From Octopus bimaculoides (taxonomy: Eukaryota): 64,000 nucleotides of DNA. Below are positions 25,215 to 37,790 of the stretch, in pieces; the first letter of the stretch is position 1; the number at the start of each line of letters is the position of its first letter. A program made the position numbers and the translations under genes. The stretch lies in the NCBI RefSeq assembly GCF_001194135.2, contig NC_068983.1, positions 48,776,828-48,840,827 on the forward strand, read 5' to 3'. Below the pieces are notes generated by a model, which saw only the letters and a list, made by a program, of their open reading frames with translations, did not search any database and had not been told where the DNA came from.

Positions 25215-26534
25215 TTTACCACCGGTACAATGTTTCTGCCATGCCTAACTACTTGAGTTTCATTTGGTTTGTAATAGACGAAGAACCGCGAACCTAAGAT
25301 GCCCTTCAGAAATCACAACTTGAAAATTCATGCTAACTTGTTTTGAGGACATATAACTTTCCGTTGGCAACACACGAGCGCTTCACTAATATTGCATTAT
25401 AAATGCGTCAATCAGGATTCACTGACGTCTTTTATTCTATTGCTAGCACTGCTTCTGAGTTGCAAGCGTTTGAACGCAACTACTGACGCCTTATCCTCGT
25501 CACATTATTAACGACCAAGTAGATGCTCCCATATTTTCTAAAACAGTTCATGGAAACTACATTTTTGATGTAGCAGAATATGGGCTTCGGAATTGTTCTT
25601 TGTACGCCAATTGAAGACACTAACATACACAATATACTTAATTTACTAACTCCTTTCACTGTAAATTTGAACAAGTAAGTTCTCGAGAAATCATTTCATT
25701 TGATTACATATATTTGCTACTTTGTGTTTTACTAGCTGTGTCATATTTAAATTGTCCTTCACGCCAGCAGCAGAAGCAAAGACAATAAATTACTGCTGCT
25801 ATATTCTTCCATAGAATTTTGACTGACACTATTTTTATTTGCCATGGTATGAAATGTAGATCGCTATGAAAATTGGATTTCTCGCAATTTTTTAAAGTAG
25901 AACACTACGCGTTATTTTGTTTACGTGAATTTAATTTATTTCTCCGTGTTTCTTTTTGTAGTTCCAGAGGCGTGTACAATTTTAGTCACCATGGTTGAAA
26001 TTTTTAGCAGCAGAAAAATCTGTTGGTCGAATTTTAAACTTTTAATTTTTTATGAAAGATTGAAAAAAGAAAAAAAAAACCAACGATAAAACCGGCTTAT
26101 CTCTCACTCACTCTTTCTCTTAGTCAAATTCTTTCACTGCCTCTCTCTCTCTCTCTTCTCAACACACAGCTCACATAAAATTTCTGTTCAGCTTAGCGTC
26201 TAATCCTATAATTTGTTGAAATCACACAAGCGATATGTAACGTCCTGTTGATAATGATGATGACAACCTCAACGACGACTTCGATGATGATGTTGATTTT
26301 TTTTTTCTCTTTTCAGAACAAGGCCAGCAATTATGAAAGGAGGAGATTATTCAATACCATCGATCTAAGCACGTGACCTTTATTTTGTGTATGCTAGAGA
26401 AATGAAAGCAATGTTGACCTCGCAAGATCTGAACTCTGAACACAAAGGGACTGATCAAATACCAGGAGTCGTTTTTCTAACGCTCAAACGATTCTGTCAG
26501 ATCATAACAAAACAACAACAGCCTGGGACGAAAA

Positions 26535-26830
26535 ACTGAAATGCTAATTATAGAAGCTCAAGAACAAGACATTAAAGTGAAATTGATAAAGGCAAACACT
26601 GATAAAACTCAGAGTAAATACAAAATCTGTGGAAAAAATAGGAAAGTATTATCCATCTCTTAACTGAATGCTACCATATAAAGAGTATAAGCTCAAACAT
26701 AAGTTTCAGTGCATTGGTAAACTAAACGAGTGTTTCGACTGAATGTGACAGAAGACAACTGTGAAAACGAGTCATATGCTGTAATGAAACATAATCACGC
26801 AATTTAATGGGATTTCTCCGTAATGATTGA
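26535..26830 (+). mobile_element. R4/Dong-type LINE remnant (post-RT zinc-knuckle region)
   Basis: EAQEQDIKVKLIKANTDKTQSKYKICGK...IIHLLTEC...LMGF resembles AAQEQAIRTN.IKA.ID.....CR.C....E...H....C...ILWDF. Confidence 0.6.
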
Positions 26831-27269
26831 GCAGATTAGAGTTTTGAATGACAGATATGATTGAAGAAAACAAAGACAAGATAGGCCGTAGATTTTGCAA
26901 TACCATATGGTAATGCCGTTGATATCAAGGAAAGGAAGAGGATAATAATAATAATAATAATAATAATACGAAGAGCGCGATGCGATTGCAATAGAAATTT
27001 TATTGGTTGAACGATATTTTGACAGCTAGCCTGCCTTTGTCGAGTTAAAAATGAAAAGCGATAAAAATTCAAATTTATAGAAATTCAAATGTGAAATATG
27101 AATGAGAGTATCTAGTGACCCCACGTTGATGGAATGACATCAGTTTTCAAATTTCAAGTTTACAACTGGCAAAAAACAAAGAAAAAAAGAGCAAAATTGG
27201 AAAGAAAGGAAAGGAAAAAGAACAATCTTTAATCAAGCAGTTTTGTGTAAATACGTCATTCTATTCATT

Positions 27270-28190
27270 CATCTAGAACATGATGTTAATAACCCACAGA
27301 CATTTGTCCTCGTGCATTTTGAGTACTGAAAATGTAGAAAATTCAAAATATTTTCTGAGAAAATGCACTATCAAGTCTTGTTCAAAATTGCAGCCGTTCG
27401 ATGCAAAATGTTTGGCAAGTTCTGTCGAGCTACTGTTACTGTGCTTGACATCATATCTATTGCCCATTGAATATTTTGCTTGATTGTTGTGTTGTACAAC
27501 CTACATAAATAAAGTTGTGTTTGGTGCAATCTGCTGCGTACGCCAAATGGGAATCTCTACACGTCCCCACTTCTGTATAAATCATAACATTTCTGTTGTG
27601 ATTCCTGATGGAATTCCCTTGACTCGTATTGCACAATGAACATGCCTCTGTTGTGCTTATCTCTCTCGTGCAGAAACTCCAATATTGGTTTTATTGGAGT
27701 CAGAAGTAGAGATTAATAGTTCTCTTATATTTTGATTCCGTCTAAAGGCTACAATAAGCGGCTGAGGAAATATTTGTCTGAAACGAAGATATTTTTCCGC
27801 TACATGCTTTTAACTGTCACCGATATTTCGGTGCTAGTTAATCACTAGAGGAATCCTGTCAGATATTGTACTTTGTTTGCTAAAATTATGCGTGAAAGCT
27901 TAGCTTTGTTAATCTTAGCTATGTTATTTGCTATTTTCTTTAATCGTGATTTACTGTAACCGCGTTTGACATTGTTGTACAGAAGCATTTGCATATTTCC
28001 TGTATTCCCATATGTGAGAGCAAATCATTTTTATCCTCCAAAATTGGGCATTCAGATTTGATCCAATTATATGATATGAATGATCGGAGCGGCGTAGGAG
28101 GTAAATGCGGGATGACGTGTTTGCAAAATAACAAGGTTGACTTTGGCAGTATTTAAATGCGAAATATTGAGCCTCGAACAAATAGCGCTA
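27270..28190 (-). mobile_element. Penelope-like element remnant: RT C-terminus, linker and GIY-YIG endonuclease, with stops and frameshifts
   Basis: IYLLRRSDHSYHII..LNAQFWRIKMICSH; RGYSKSRLKK; RIPLVIN; QIFPQPLIVAFRRNQNIRELL; YAADCTKHNFIYVGCTTQ...FNG(H)RYDVKH...TELAKHF...HEDK. Confidence 0.8.
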
Positions 28191-28269
28191 AGCATGTTCT
28201 CTGAGGCGCTAACTATTTTGTTAGTTCTTCGCCTCAGTTGATAACAACAACTACATTAACAATAACAAT

Positions 28270-28475
28270 CTTTTATACTCTATGCACAAGGCTCGAAACC
28301 TTTGGGGAAGGGCCACGCGATTAGATCGACCCCAGTATGCAACTAGTACTTTATAGACGCCATAAGGATGAAAGGCAAAGTCGACCTCGGTGAAATTTGA
28401 ACTCAATGTCAAAACAGACGAAATACCGCTAAGCATTTCGTCCGGCGTGCTAACGTTTCTGCCAGCTCGCCCCCT
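28270..28475 (-). mobile_element. SINE A
   Basis: Reverse complement of the family A head, core and CCAAAGGTTTCGAGCCTTGTG tail. Confidence 0.85.
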
Positions 28476-28499
28476 TACAATAATAATAAGATTAATCAG

Positions 28500-28720
28500 A
28501 AGAATATAATCAAATATTGGAAATGAAGGTTAAAATAGTGCCAAATATCGTTGGATCCTTGGGGAAGAGTGTCAGAAAATATATGGGAAATCGAAATACA
28601 AAACCCAGTAGAACCGTTACAAAAGAGTTACCTTCTTGACACGGCTAGAATTATTAGAAAAGTATTAGCTATTTGAACACAACATAGTATGGAACCGTAG
28701 GCTGCAGGGAGCAAGCCCGC
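28500..28720 (+). mobile_element. R4/Dong-type LINE extreme 3' end
   Basis: WK/MKVKIVPNIVGSLG...EIQNPVEPLQKSYLLDTARIIRKVLAI* is the RLE-clade C-terminus pattern (IPI.IGALG...LQK..LLGTARI.RKVL). Confidence 0.65.
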
Positions 28721-28934
28721 TACGCATGTATGACTCCAGGATTTCCAACAAAATCTCGGTTAATAATAATGGTAATGATGGACTTTCTTGCTGAAGACGA
28801 CGTATGAGCGTTCATCTTTTGCCGAACAACCTGCACAAATAATTTGTTTATATTGATCAAATGTACGTAGTGCATTACCTCACTCTTTCCATGAAATCGA
28901 CGTTGTCTGAATAGGTACATGTTGTACCACACGT

Positions 28935-29085
28935 CAGGTGTCGAAGTGATAGCAGAGCAACAGAAGATGAAGTGTTTTGTTCAAGAACACATTATACCAC
29001 CCGGTCAATGTATTGAAACTCCGATCTCGTGATCGTGGGTGCAACATCCTATCAATTAGGACATGCGTCCTCACATAACAATAAT
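28935..29085 (-). mobile_element. Degenerate SINE D fragment
   Basis: GAAGTGTTTTGTTCAAGAACAC...GAAACTCCGATCTCGTGATCG resembles 29990-30100. Confidence 0.5.
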
Positions 29086-29769
29086 AATAAAGTATCACCC
29101 GTAATTGATGGTTTTCGGGCATGTGTCTTCTCAGCATTTATGAGTCGTTGAGTGGATTTTGATGTATAAATCATCGCAAATATTTAAAGGATGCCTGAAT
29201 GTGAAATGACAAAATATTAATTAAACGCAGCACGCGAAATATCAACGGTGTTATACGGCATAACAATAAACTGGAATAATTTTAGGAGATATTATTCCAT
29301 CAGTGTTGTTCACTATTGCCTTTCACAATTTAAATTCTACAGTGAATTGCCATAGTTCGAAGAATTGCGGCAATATTTTACGTGTATGACGAAGTTATAA
29401 ACCAAATGCGAGACAATGTTTGAAGATATTTCACGACCGTTAAACCCTAACAGCTGCGGGTTCACGAGAGAGGTTGGACGTGTTGGACATATTTAATACC
29501 TACTACACGGTTTCTGCTTGCCAGACCACTTCTCGAAATGTAGATGTTGACTACATCAGTAAACAGTGTAATCAGCTAGGCAGAATTCTAAAGGTAAACA
29601 TCGTATAGGATAGATATGTGGGCATCAAAGAAAGCGAGCGGATTCTGCAAACTCGAATGAAAGATCCAACAATAGGAAATTTATTTGACAAAGATGATAC
29701 TAGAAATGGAAATCAGTTGGAAAAATTCTGGTATTACCTGGAGGATACATGAGTGAGATTTTTAAAATG

Positions 29770-30110
29770 CTGAGACCCTCTTCGGTCATGACTGACCATG
29801 GGATTGTGCCTAGAAAGTTACCCTCCCAGGCACAAGTCCGGGCAATGTTGTTTATGGAAGACCAGCAGTCGCCCATGCATACCGGCCTACCCTCTTCATG
29901 CGACCAGTGTTATCCAAGGGAAAGGCAAAGGGGCCGATACAGCTTGGCACGTGTGACGTCGCAACTCATTTCTACAGCTGAGTGAACTGGAGAAACGTGA
30001 AATAAAGTGTCTTGCTCAAAAACACAACACGTAGCCCGGTCCGAGATTCGAACTCACAACCTCACGATCGGAAACTCGACGCTCTAACCACTGAGCCATG
30101 CGCCTTCACT
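29770..30110 (-). mobile_element. SINE D, full-length, tRNA-derived head with CORE-like middle
   Basis: Reverse reads GTGAAGGCGCATGGCTCAGTGGTTAGAGCG (A box)...GAGTTCGAATCTC (B box)...TTGAGCAAGACACTTTATTTCACG..CTCCAGTTCACTCAGCTGTAGAAATGAG. Confidence 0.85.
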
Positions 30111-30321
30111 TTCTAAAATATTACACACACAAATTATGCAATCATAGAGAAAGTGTTGCGTACAGAACAGAAAATACAACTGACATCGCAGAATGGAGGT
30201 ATATACTCTGTATAGTATAGGATTTTACTGAAAATAGATATAATTAACGTAAATACATTCTTCGAAATACATCAAGGGAATCTACTGCAAAGACGTTACT
30301 GAATGCAATAATAATGTTTTC

Positions 30322-30742
30322 TACTCTAGGTATAAGGCCCGAAAATTTTGGGAAGGGGGCCAGTCGATTAGATCGACACCAGTACGCAACTGGTACTTAA
30401 TTTATTGACCCCGAAAGGATGAAAGACAAAATCAACCTCGGTGGAATTTGAACACAGAACGTAACGGCAGACGAAATACCGCTAAGCATTTCGCCCGGCG
30501 TGCTAATGTTTTTTATTTCTTTATTGCCCACAAGGGACTAAACACAGAGGGAACAAAAGAAGACCGACAAAGGGTTTAAGTTGATTACATCGACCCCAGT
30601 GTGTAACTGGTACGTAATTTATCGACCACGAAAGGATGAAAGGCAGACTCGACCTCGGTGGAATTTGAAAACAGAACGTAACGGCAGACGAAATACCGCT
30701 AAGCATTTCGCTCGGCGTGCCAACGTTTCTGCCTGCAGCCTT
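30322..30742 (-). mobile_element. Two adjacent SINE A copies with different tails
   Basis: Repeated GAAATACCGCTAAGCATTTCGC.CGGCGTGC at about 30475 and 30690. Confidence 0.9.
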
Positions 30743-30789
30743 AATACAACAATTATACATAATTGTACTCAATGTTTAAAGATGTGCAA

Positions 30790-31112
30790 GCAGTGAGCTG
30801 GCAGAATCATTAGCAAGCAGGGCAAAATACTTATCGGCGTTTTGTCCGTCTTTACGTTCTAAGTTCAAATTCCGCCGAGGTCGACGTTACTTTCATCCTT
30901 TTAGGATAAGTAAAATAAATTCCAGTTGAGAACTGGGGTCGTTCTAATCGACTTAACCCCACCCAAAAATTGTTGGCCTTGTGGCTCGGGTTCAGTCCCA
31001 CTGCGTGGCACCTTTTCTGTAGCGTCGGGCCGACCAACGCCCTGAGTGGATTTGTTAGACGGAAACTGAAAGAAGCCCGTTGTACACACACATATATATA
31101 TATATATATGTA

Positions 31113-31174
<62 letters not shown>

Positions 31175-31362
31175 ACCAACATCGCTTGACAACCGATGCT
31201 GGTGTGTTTAAGTCCCTGAAACTTAGCGGTTCGGCAAAAGAGACTGATAGGATAAGTACTAGGCTTACAAAGAATTAGTTCTGGGGTCGATTTGCCTGAC
31301 TAAAGGCGGTGCTCCAGCATGGCCGCAGTCAAATGACTGAAACAAGTAAAATAGTAAAAGAG
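30790..31362 (+). mobile_element. SINE A directly fused to SINE B body
   Basis: Family A head and core to about 30980, then GGGTTCAGTCCCACTGCGTGGCACC and the complete family B 3' part with central (TA)(TG)n. Confidence 0.85.
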
Positions 31363-31574
31363 TATATATTTAGAATGTATAAGTAATTCACCCAGAAGTG
31401 CTGATACTTGAGTGGGTCGTGATGTATAGATCTTCACAAATACTTATATGATGCATGAAAGTAACATGACAAAACTATAATTAAAAGCGTGTACGTGAAA
31501 TAAGGAGAGCGACCTGAGAACCGGCACAATGCACCAAAATTGTTTGAAAAGATTTTATCCCATCACTTACAACT

Positions 31575-31820
31575 GTTGCTTCAGTCATTTAACTCTGGCC
31601 ATCCCGCAGCACCGCCTTTAGTCGAGCAATCGACCCCATGACATTCTTTGTAAACCTACTATTTATTCTACCAGTCCCTTTTTGCTGAACCGGTAATGTT
31701 ACGGGGACGTAGGCACATCAACATCAGTTGTCAAGCGATGTTGGGAGGGGGGGGGGCAAACACAGACTCAAACATATACATGCACACACACACACACACA
31801 CACACACACAGCCACTCCTG
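31575..31820 (-). mobile_element. SINE B 3' portion
   Basis: TTCAGTCATTTAACT..GGCC..CAGCACCGCCTTTAGTCGAGCAATCGACCCC. Confidence 0.8.
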
Positions 31821-32149
31821 CACCTGTACTGTTTACCTATTATATACTCAGCAGTAAATAAGCAGAAATAGAAAAATAAAAGTAAAAGAGATATATACAA
31901 ATACAAAGAATTTAAAATGGCAGCATTGAAGCATAAGAACCCAGTGTCTAAAAGGAGCATTTCTGTGGTCAATCTGCAAAACATTTAAATATAGGCGACG
32001 GTTATAGCCGCCACCATTGATCTCAACTCAATGAGTAAACAATGATTGATAATTGTGGTTCAGCACAAGTATGTCTGAATGCAATTAATAATTTTATTTC
32101 CAATTTAAACAGTAGAACTGCTTGTTGTAACTTGTAACGCCATTATCAT

Positions 32150-32710
32150 CGAATAGACACTGAATAATTCAAGTGATAGGAAAGCAGGTTATGAAAAAAT
32201 TAGACCTTAGAGAAGACGAAACACTCGAAAGGAGATATTGCTCACACTGCAACTTAAAAGATGTTTAGGAGAATAAGGTTTAGTTGACATTTTAGAACCC
32301 TCAAGACTACTACTATAAGCATACCTGATAAAAACAGAAGTGCCGTTCCTTCGTGTCATAAGTTAACAGGTATACGTGATAAAGGAAGAAGCAAGACAAG
32401 AGGTGGATATTACATAGATACCGTCAGCAGAAAACGAGGAAAAAAGAATACTTCAAAGGAGTAAATCAGACACGTGCACCATAGACAGATTTAACTGGTT
32501 TTAATATATGTAAAGTATCTGAATCGATACCCGATTGAAACATAGATCAACAAAAGACAACGGACACAAAAGGTCTGATAATTGCTACTGGAGACCAGAT
32601 TCACATAACCACAATCGATTCAAACAAGATGAAGGATATCCACAATATAGGATATTAGAAACTATGAAAAATAAGAAAATATCAACCACATTATTTCTGG
32701 ATGCTTGGAA
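32150..32710 (+). mobile_element. Highly degenerate R4/Dong-type LINE remnant
   Basis: DTKGLIIATGDQIH resembles ETEGLIIAAQDQSL, followed by a PQYRIL segment at the position of the CCHC knuckle. Confidence 0.45.
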
Positions 32711-33842
32711 CTCCCGAAGCCCAGCCACGCTGATAGGGGGATAAAATCCATCAAATCTGAAAATGCTATAAGAGGAAAGAAATATAGTTTTTGTCGATTT
32801 ATCGACATTTCAGTGCTTTCGGAACGAAACACCTTTCAGTGTAATCATTTGAGATTCCCATTTATTGACGGTGAATATTTCGAATGCTGATAGTGAAATG
32901 CTATACATACACAGAGGAAAGTGCGACAAATATCTTGATGTGTATTTTCTGTCGTAAACATAGGTAATATTTTCTGTATATTATATATATTTAAAGCAAA
33001 CTGAAACGGTGAGGTAGGTATTAAATATATCAGACACATCAAAAGTAAATTAAGAAAAAAAGAAACAAAACATTAAAAGGAATCAAATCAAAACAAGCGT
33101 GTATGGTAGCATGACATAAAACCATTCCCAATAAATAAAAAAAGAATTTTTAAAAAATGACAAATACATAGTATATACATATAAGTGAATAACATAATAA
33201 AATATATCTAAAACCAACTAAAATGAGCATAAACAATTCACAAACAAGCGAAATATAATAGATAGAAATAATAACATGCTACATGCTCAGTAATACATTT
33301 GGTATCGAAAGAGAAAATAGAATTATATAACACAAAATACATTTTTGACATAATATTAATGTTCGGAGGTGTATACTCTGTACTTTCATCTATTTTGGAA
33401 GCATCCGAAATACGTAAATATTTATGATTATTTTAAAAACAAAACTAAAATTTTACAAATATCAGAGGACAGCCATATTACTTCCTTTAAGGAAAATTTT
33501 ATTTCGATTTCTCTCCATTTTGTACTATTACGATATGTTAACCTGATCATCACCACTATTATTCTTTTAATTCCCACCCATGTACTTCTATTTCTATCTA
33601 TCTATCTATCTATCTCTCTTTCTTTACACACAAACACAGAATGAATCCATTTACAAGATTCATGAGAATCGAGGTATATCGGCATGTAAAATACCTGAAT
33701 GTGAGTTGGAATAACTAAATAAGCTGACACTGTAGACATCGAATGCTGACAAGATGCTGCCGTTAAATAGATACGAAATGTAATTAATAATCAACGATCC
33801 GATTCTCCACTGAATCTCTGATGCGGCGTAAGTGTAAAATAT

Positions 33843-34050
33843 TTCTTTCTTTATTGCCTACAGAGGGCTAAACATAGAGGGGACTGGCAAAGGGATTAAA
33901 TCGATTACATAGACCCCAGTGCGTACATGGTATTTATTTAATCGAACCCGAAAGGATGAAAGGCGAAGTCGACCTCGTAACAGCAGACGAAATATTAAGA
34001 CACAAATGTTGTTGAAATTAACGAAAAACTTTATTCGATGTAGTCGTAAT
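33843..34050 (-). mobile_element. SINE A
   Basis: TTTCTTTATTGCCTACAGAGGGCTAAAC...AGTCGACCTCG. Confidence 0.8.
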
Positions 34051-34447
34051 AGACTACACAGCAGTTTACATACGATTATGACATTACACCTTCATCAGGT
34101 TGGATTAAATTTAAACGGTTAAGATGGGACTAAATTACAATGACCATCCACACGCTCAGATTATATAAATTAGATAAGGCAGTTTTATGGGATTGCCCTG
34201 GGTTTCACGTCCATGAAACTCTTAGCTTTATAGCGCTTTGTGGACGTGAAATTCAGGGTAATCCAATAACACGGCTTCATCTCACTTCATTTATATTACA
34301 TACTGCTCTATAACTTATAGCGTGCTTCTTTTTCAGGTTTCTATCTTGCCGACGATATATTTATATATGGTCACAAACATACATATATTAGGTTTTCACA
34401 CATACTATGAAATACATGCATGCAAGTGTATGTATGTACTTACACAA

Positions 34448-34489
<42 letters not shown>

Positions 34490-34494
<5 letters not shown>

Positions 34495-34675
34495 AATTCG
34501 ACTCTTAGTCACATTTAGTTGACTATAATTTTTAGGTCCAAACTCCTGCATATAATAACTCTTTGTTAGAGTGGGCTATGGTGCCCCATATATGACTAAA
34601 AGACCTCACCAGGGGGTGTTATTGAATTAGACATGGCCTGGGCCTATACTGACCGAAACCTATCAAAGTTATTGA
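34490..34675 (+). mobile_element. CR1/L2-like LINE 3' terminus
   Basis: GGTGTTATTGAATTAGACATGGCCTGGGCC...GACCGAAACCTATCAAAGTT matches the tail at 4391-4450. Confidence 0.7.
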
Positions 34676-34923
34676 AGCTTATGTATATGTGTGTATTTAT
34701 GTTGTGTGTATATGATACATTCTCCCGTCGCAAACGGAGTATGACTGTTCAACGTTTTGATTAAGAACCTGCGCAAATGATTCGTTTACAGTGATCAAAT
34801 AAGTGTTGTACATTAGCTCACTCCTACAATACAATCAATGTTGCTTGATCAGGTGAATGTTGTACTACACGTGAGCTGTCGAGCCGATTGCAGAGAAACG
34901 GTATATGAAAGATTTTGTAGAAA

Positions 34924-34976
34924 CCTACGTTTCATTGTACACGCCTACGTTTCATTGCACACGCCTACGTTTCATT
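34924..34976. repeat. 20-bp tandem repeat, about 2.7 copies
   Basis: CCTACGTTTCATTG(T/C)ACACG units at 34924, 34944 and 34964. Confidence 0.9.
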
Positions 34977-35284
34977 CAACGATGTTTAGTTCACCTCTAT
35001 TTCAGTCATTCCAGCTTGACAAATCTTTGCGCACATCAGCAAATATATCACTTTACGCTCTAGTATAAGAACAATTCTATAAACGATGATTCTGTAAGCA
35101 TAGCTTAATGATATATTTCCACGCATATTCTTTATATGGAAAATAATTTCCCTTGCAACAAATTGTACGACGTATAAATTTCTATGTCCGAATGCTTACG
35201 AGTATGTTAAATAAAAATTGTTATATCTATATTTCATTGAACGTTGCATAGAGTACCTCTAAATATATACAGCATTGTTTAACA

Positions 35285-35550
35285 GGAAGCGAGTTCCGAT
35301 CTATGGCTCATGTCTTGCGATCACGACCCTTCGAAAACCAAGAATCGGTGGACGTTTCACTGAAAGGTTTTCTTCGCCCCGGAATTCAATATTTTATATA
35401 AGCGCCGTGTGTTCCAAGAACTGACAGATAGGTAGTTGGTTTAAGAAGGTGCAATAGGATCGCCTCTACTTTGAATGCTAGGTTGCATTTGCTTTAAAAC
35501 AAATAAGTTACATTGCAAAACGTTTTCTGAGCACAATATATACGAATATA
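35285..35550 (+). mobile_element. Mariner transposase C-terminal remnant and probable 3' end
   Basis: FRSMAHVLRSRPFENQESV...QELTDR...DRLYFEC* matches the mariner pattern LFRSMAHFL....F.N.E.V...ELA.RW..V...DG.YFE*; ends in TATA. Confidence 0.65.
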
Positions 35551-37214
35551 AATATTTGATGAGAAATTTTACAGCTCACTCAGGTCATTGACAGCAACTG
35601 AAGGGAAAGTATTTCAATAATATAAACTCATGTAAAATCAGTTCAATGTTCCGAAATCCTTTGCGCTGAAAAATCCGTATAAACCATATATATATATAGT
35701 ATTTAAGGATTAAATGGTTTGCAATAATATTTTTCTTTACATTTCCTTGTTTTTGTTGTTTAAATATTCTAGTGTATTTTGAGCCTTATTTTATAGTTTT
35801 GGCATGTTTTATCGTTTGCTTTAAAATGAGAACTACAACGGTTTTTGTCTCGTTTTCTGTTTCAAATTTTATACATCATTTTCTCTGATTATATTTTTAT
35901 TTTCATCCTCACATCATTCTGCTGTCATGGCTACATTTCTCCTCTTGTGAAAAAATTGTTAAACGGTTATGCACATGTTTGAGATAACAGTGTTCTGCTC
36001 TCCATAAACTTAGACATAAACAAATGCAGTATCGAGCGCAAATGTAACACATTTATGCACGCTGGAATGAATTATATTTTTCTCAACATTTCTCTTGATA
36101 TTCCACATCATAATCAATGATATTCACTGCGTTTAGTTCTTTTGTTTGATTGAAGTTTCAAAAAAATATTTTCCTTAATAAAAGGACTTGAACACTAATA
36201 ACACTTCCTTGTAAAATTGCCACACCATTGAGCTGACTTTTGGAGGTAAATGTACATTCTTATGAATTTGACAAATAGTAAAGAAATATGCAGTTTCGTG
36301 ATCTGCAATAGTTGATCATATTAATAAAATTTCCGAATCTAAATTTATAGATTTTAATATCCATCAGTCTCAAGATAGAAAAATTCTTGGAACGATATTC
36401 AAGTAGATTTTATGAAGCACGGACGCTTTTCTATTAAATTTCCAATAAACTGGTAGCGAATGCCTGCTGAAACCTTCAAGTGAAAGTAGATGTTTTGTTT
36501 GACAGATCAACAAGGACTTTCATTTTATTTTATAAGCAAGATTTCAATACAGTAAAACTGCTTGGGAAACATTAGCGATTTTAAATAAAGTATGCAATAT
36601 TTCCTTCTCGAACAAGTAAATTTATTTAGTATTAGTTTGGTCGAAAATCCTGTTTCTTTAACATTTATAATCTTATTCCTTTATGTAACATCTCTCATAA
36701 ATGAGGTTTATCTGCTTGCTCCTCAATCAACATCCGATGTACCTTCTAACATAGAGTGCTTATATCTTCCTAAACAGCCCGAAGTTAAGTGTATATTAGG
36801 GTATATTTGAGAGGAAAGCGTAGGAAAATGTGTATGGGGGAGAATAGTGTAGTAGCTGAGAAAAATATATAAAAACTGGTACTAGGTCAGAGGAATAACA
36901 TTATATTAATGAGAAAGAGAAAATAAATCACGTGTTTCTTTAGTATTAACTATGAACTTTTCGATACAGTGTGTTTCGGTGATTCACCAGGTCGAAACTA
37001 TCGTAGTGAATAATAAATCTCGTGAATTCCATTTTCTTTCTCTCCTATATTTTACAAACTCTACAGACGCGAAGGAATTTCTGAAGTCCAGTGGTTTATA
37101 TTTCCATACTGTTAATGACATCAGGTAACCGAATACTGTAAGAGAGCTCTAATCAGCACACAATTTGTATACAACAACATTAAATCATTACTTATATATC
37201 TATATATATTATTT

Positions 37215-37386
37215 TATTGGTTTTAGTCATTTGACTGCGGCCATGCTGGATAACATCGCCTTTAGTCGAGCAAATAGACCTGGATACTTATTCTTTGTAA
37301 GCCTAGTACTTCTATAGATATCTTTTACCGAACCGCAAAGTTACGGGTACGTAAACACACCAGCATCGGTTGTCAAGCGATGTTGG

Positions 37387-37426
<40 letters not shown>

Positions 37427-37790
37427 GACGGGCTTCTTTCCGCCTACGAAATCAACTCACAAGGCTTTGGTCGGTCCGAGGATATACTAGACACCTCTCC
37501 AAGGTGTCACGCAGTGGGACTGAACCCAGAACCATGTGGATGGTAAGCAAGCTACTTACCAAACAACTGCTACTTATATTTATTTCTTCATTGCCCAAAG
37601 GGGACTAAACATAGAGGGGACAAACAAGGGGATTAAGTCGACTACATCAACCCCATTTCGTAAATGGTACTTATTTAATCGACCTCGAAAGGATGAAAGG
37701 CAAAATCGACCTCGGCGGAGTTTAACGGCAGACGAAATACTGCTAAGCATTTCGCCCGCTGTGCTAACGCTTCTGCCAACTCACCGCCTT
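37215..37790 (-). mobile_element. SINE B (37215-37562) with adjoining SINE A (37578-37790)
   Basis: Both family consensus segments are readable in reverse. Confidence 0.85.

Noticed and set aside
29600-29740. YVGIKESERILQTRMKD, faint GIY-YIG resemblance (a similar faint PLE RT hint near 11010-11110)
   Set aside because: Too short and degenerate to call without a profile search
29990-30110. tRNA-like sequences at the heads of SINE C and D (also 46560-46656, 55591-55680)
   Set aside because: A and B boxes are present, but there is no acceptor-stem closure and they continue into repeat bodies; these are SINE heads, not tRNA genes
2457-34976. Short direct repeats (37-bp at 2457, 20-bp at 34924, 47-bp at 18387/18896) as CRISPR-like arrays
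   Set aside because: No unique spacers of regular length, no cas genes, eukaryotic context
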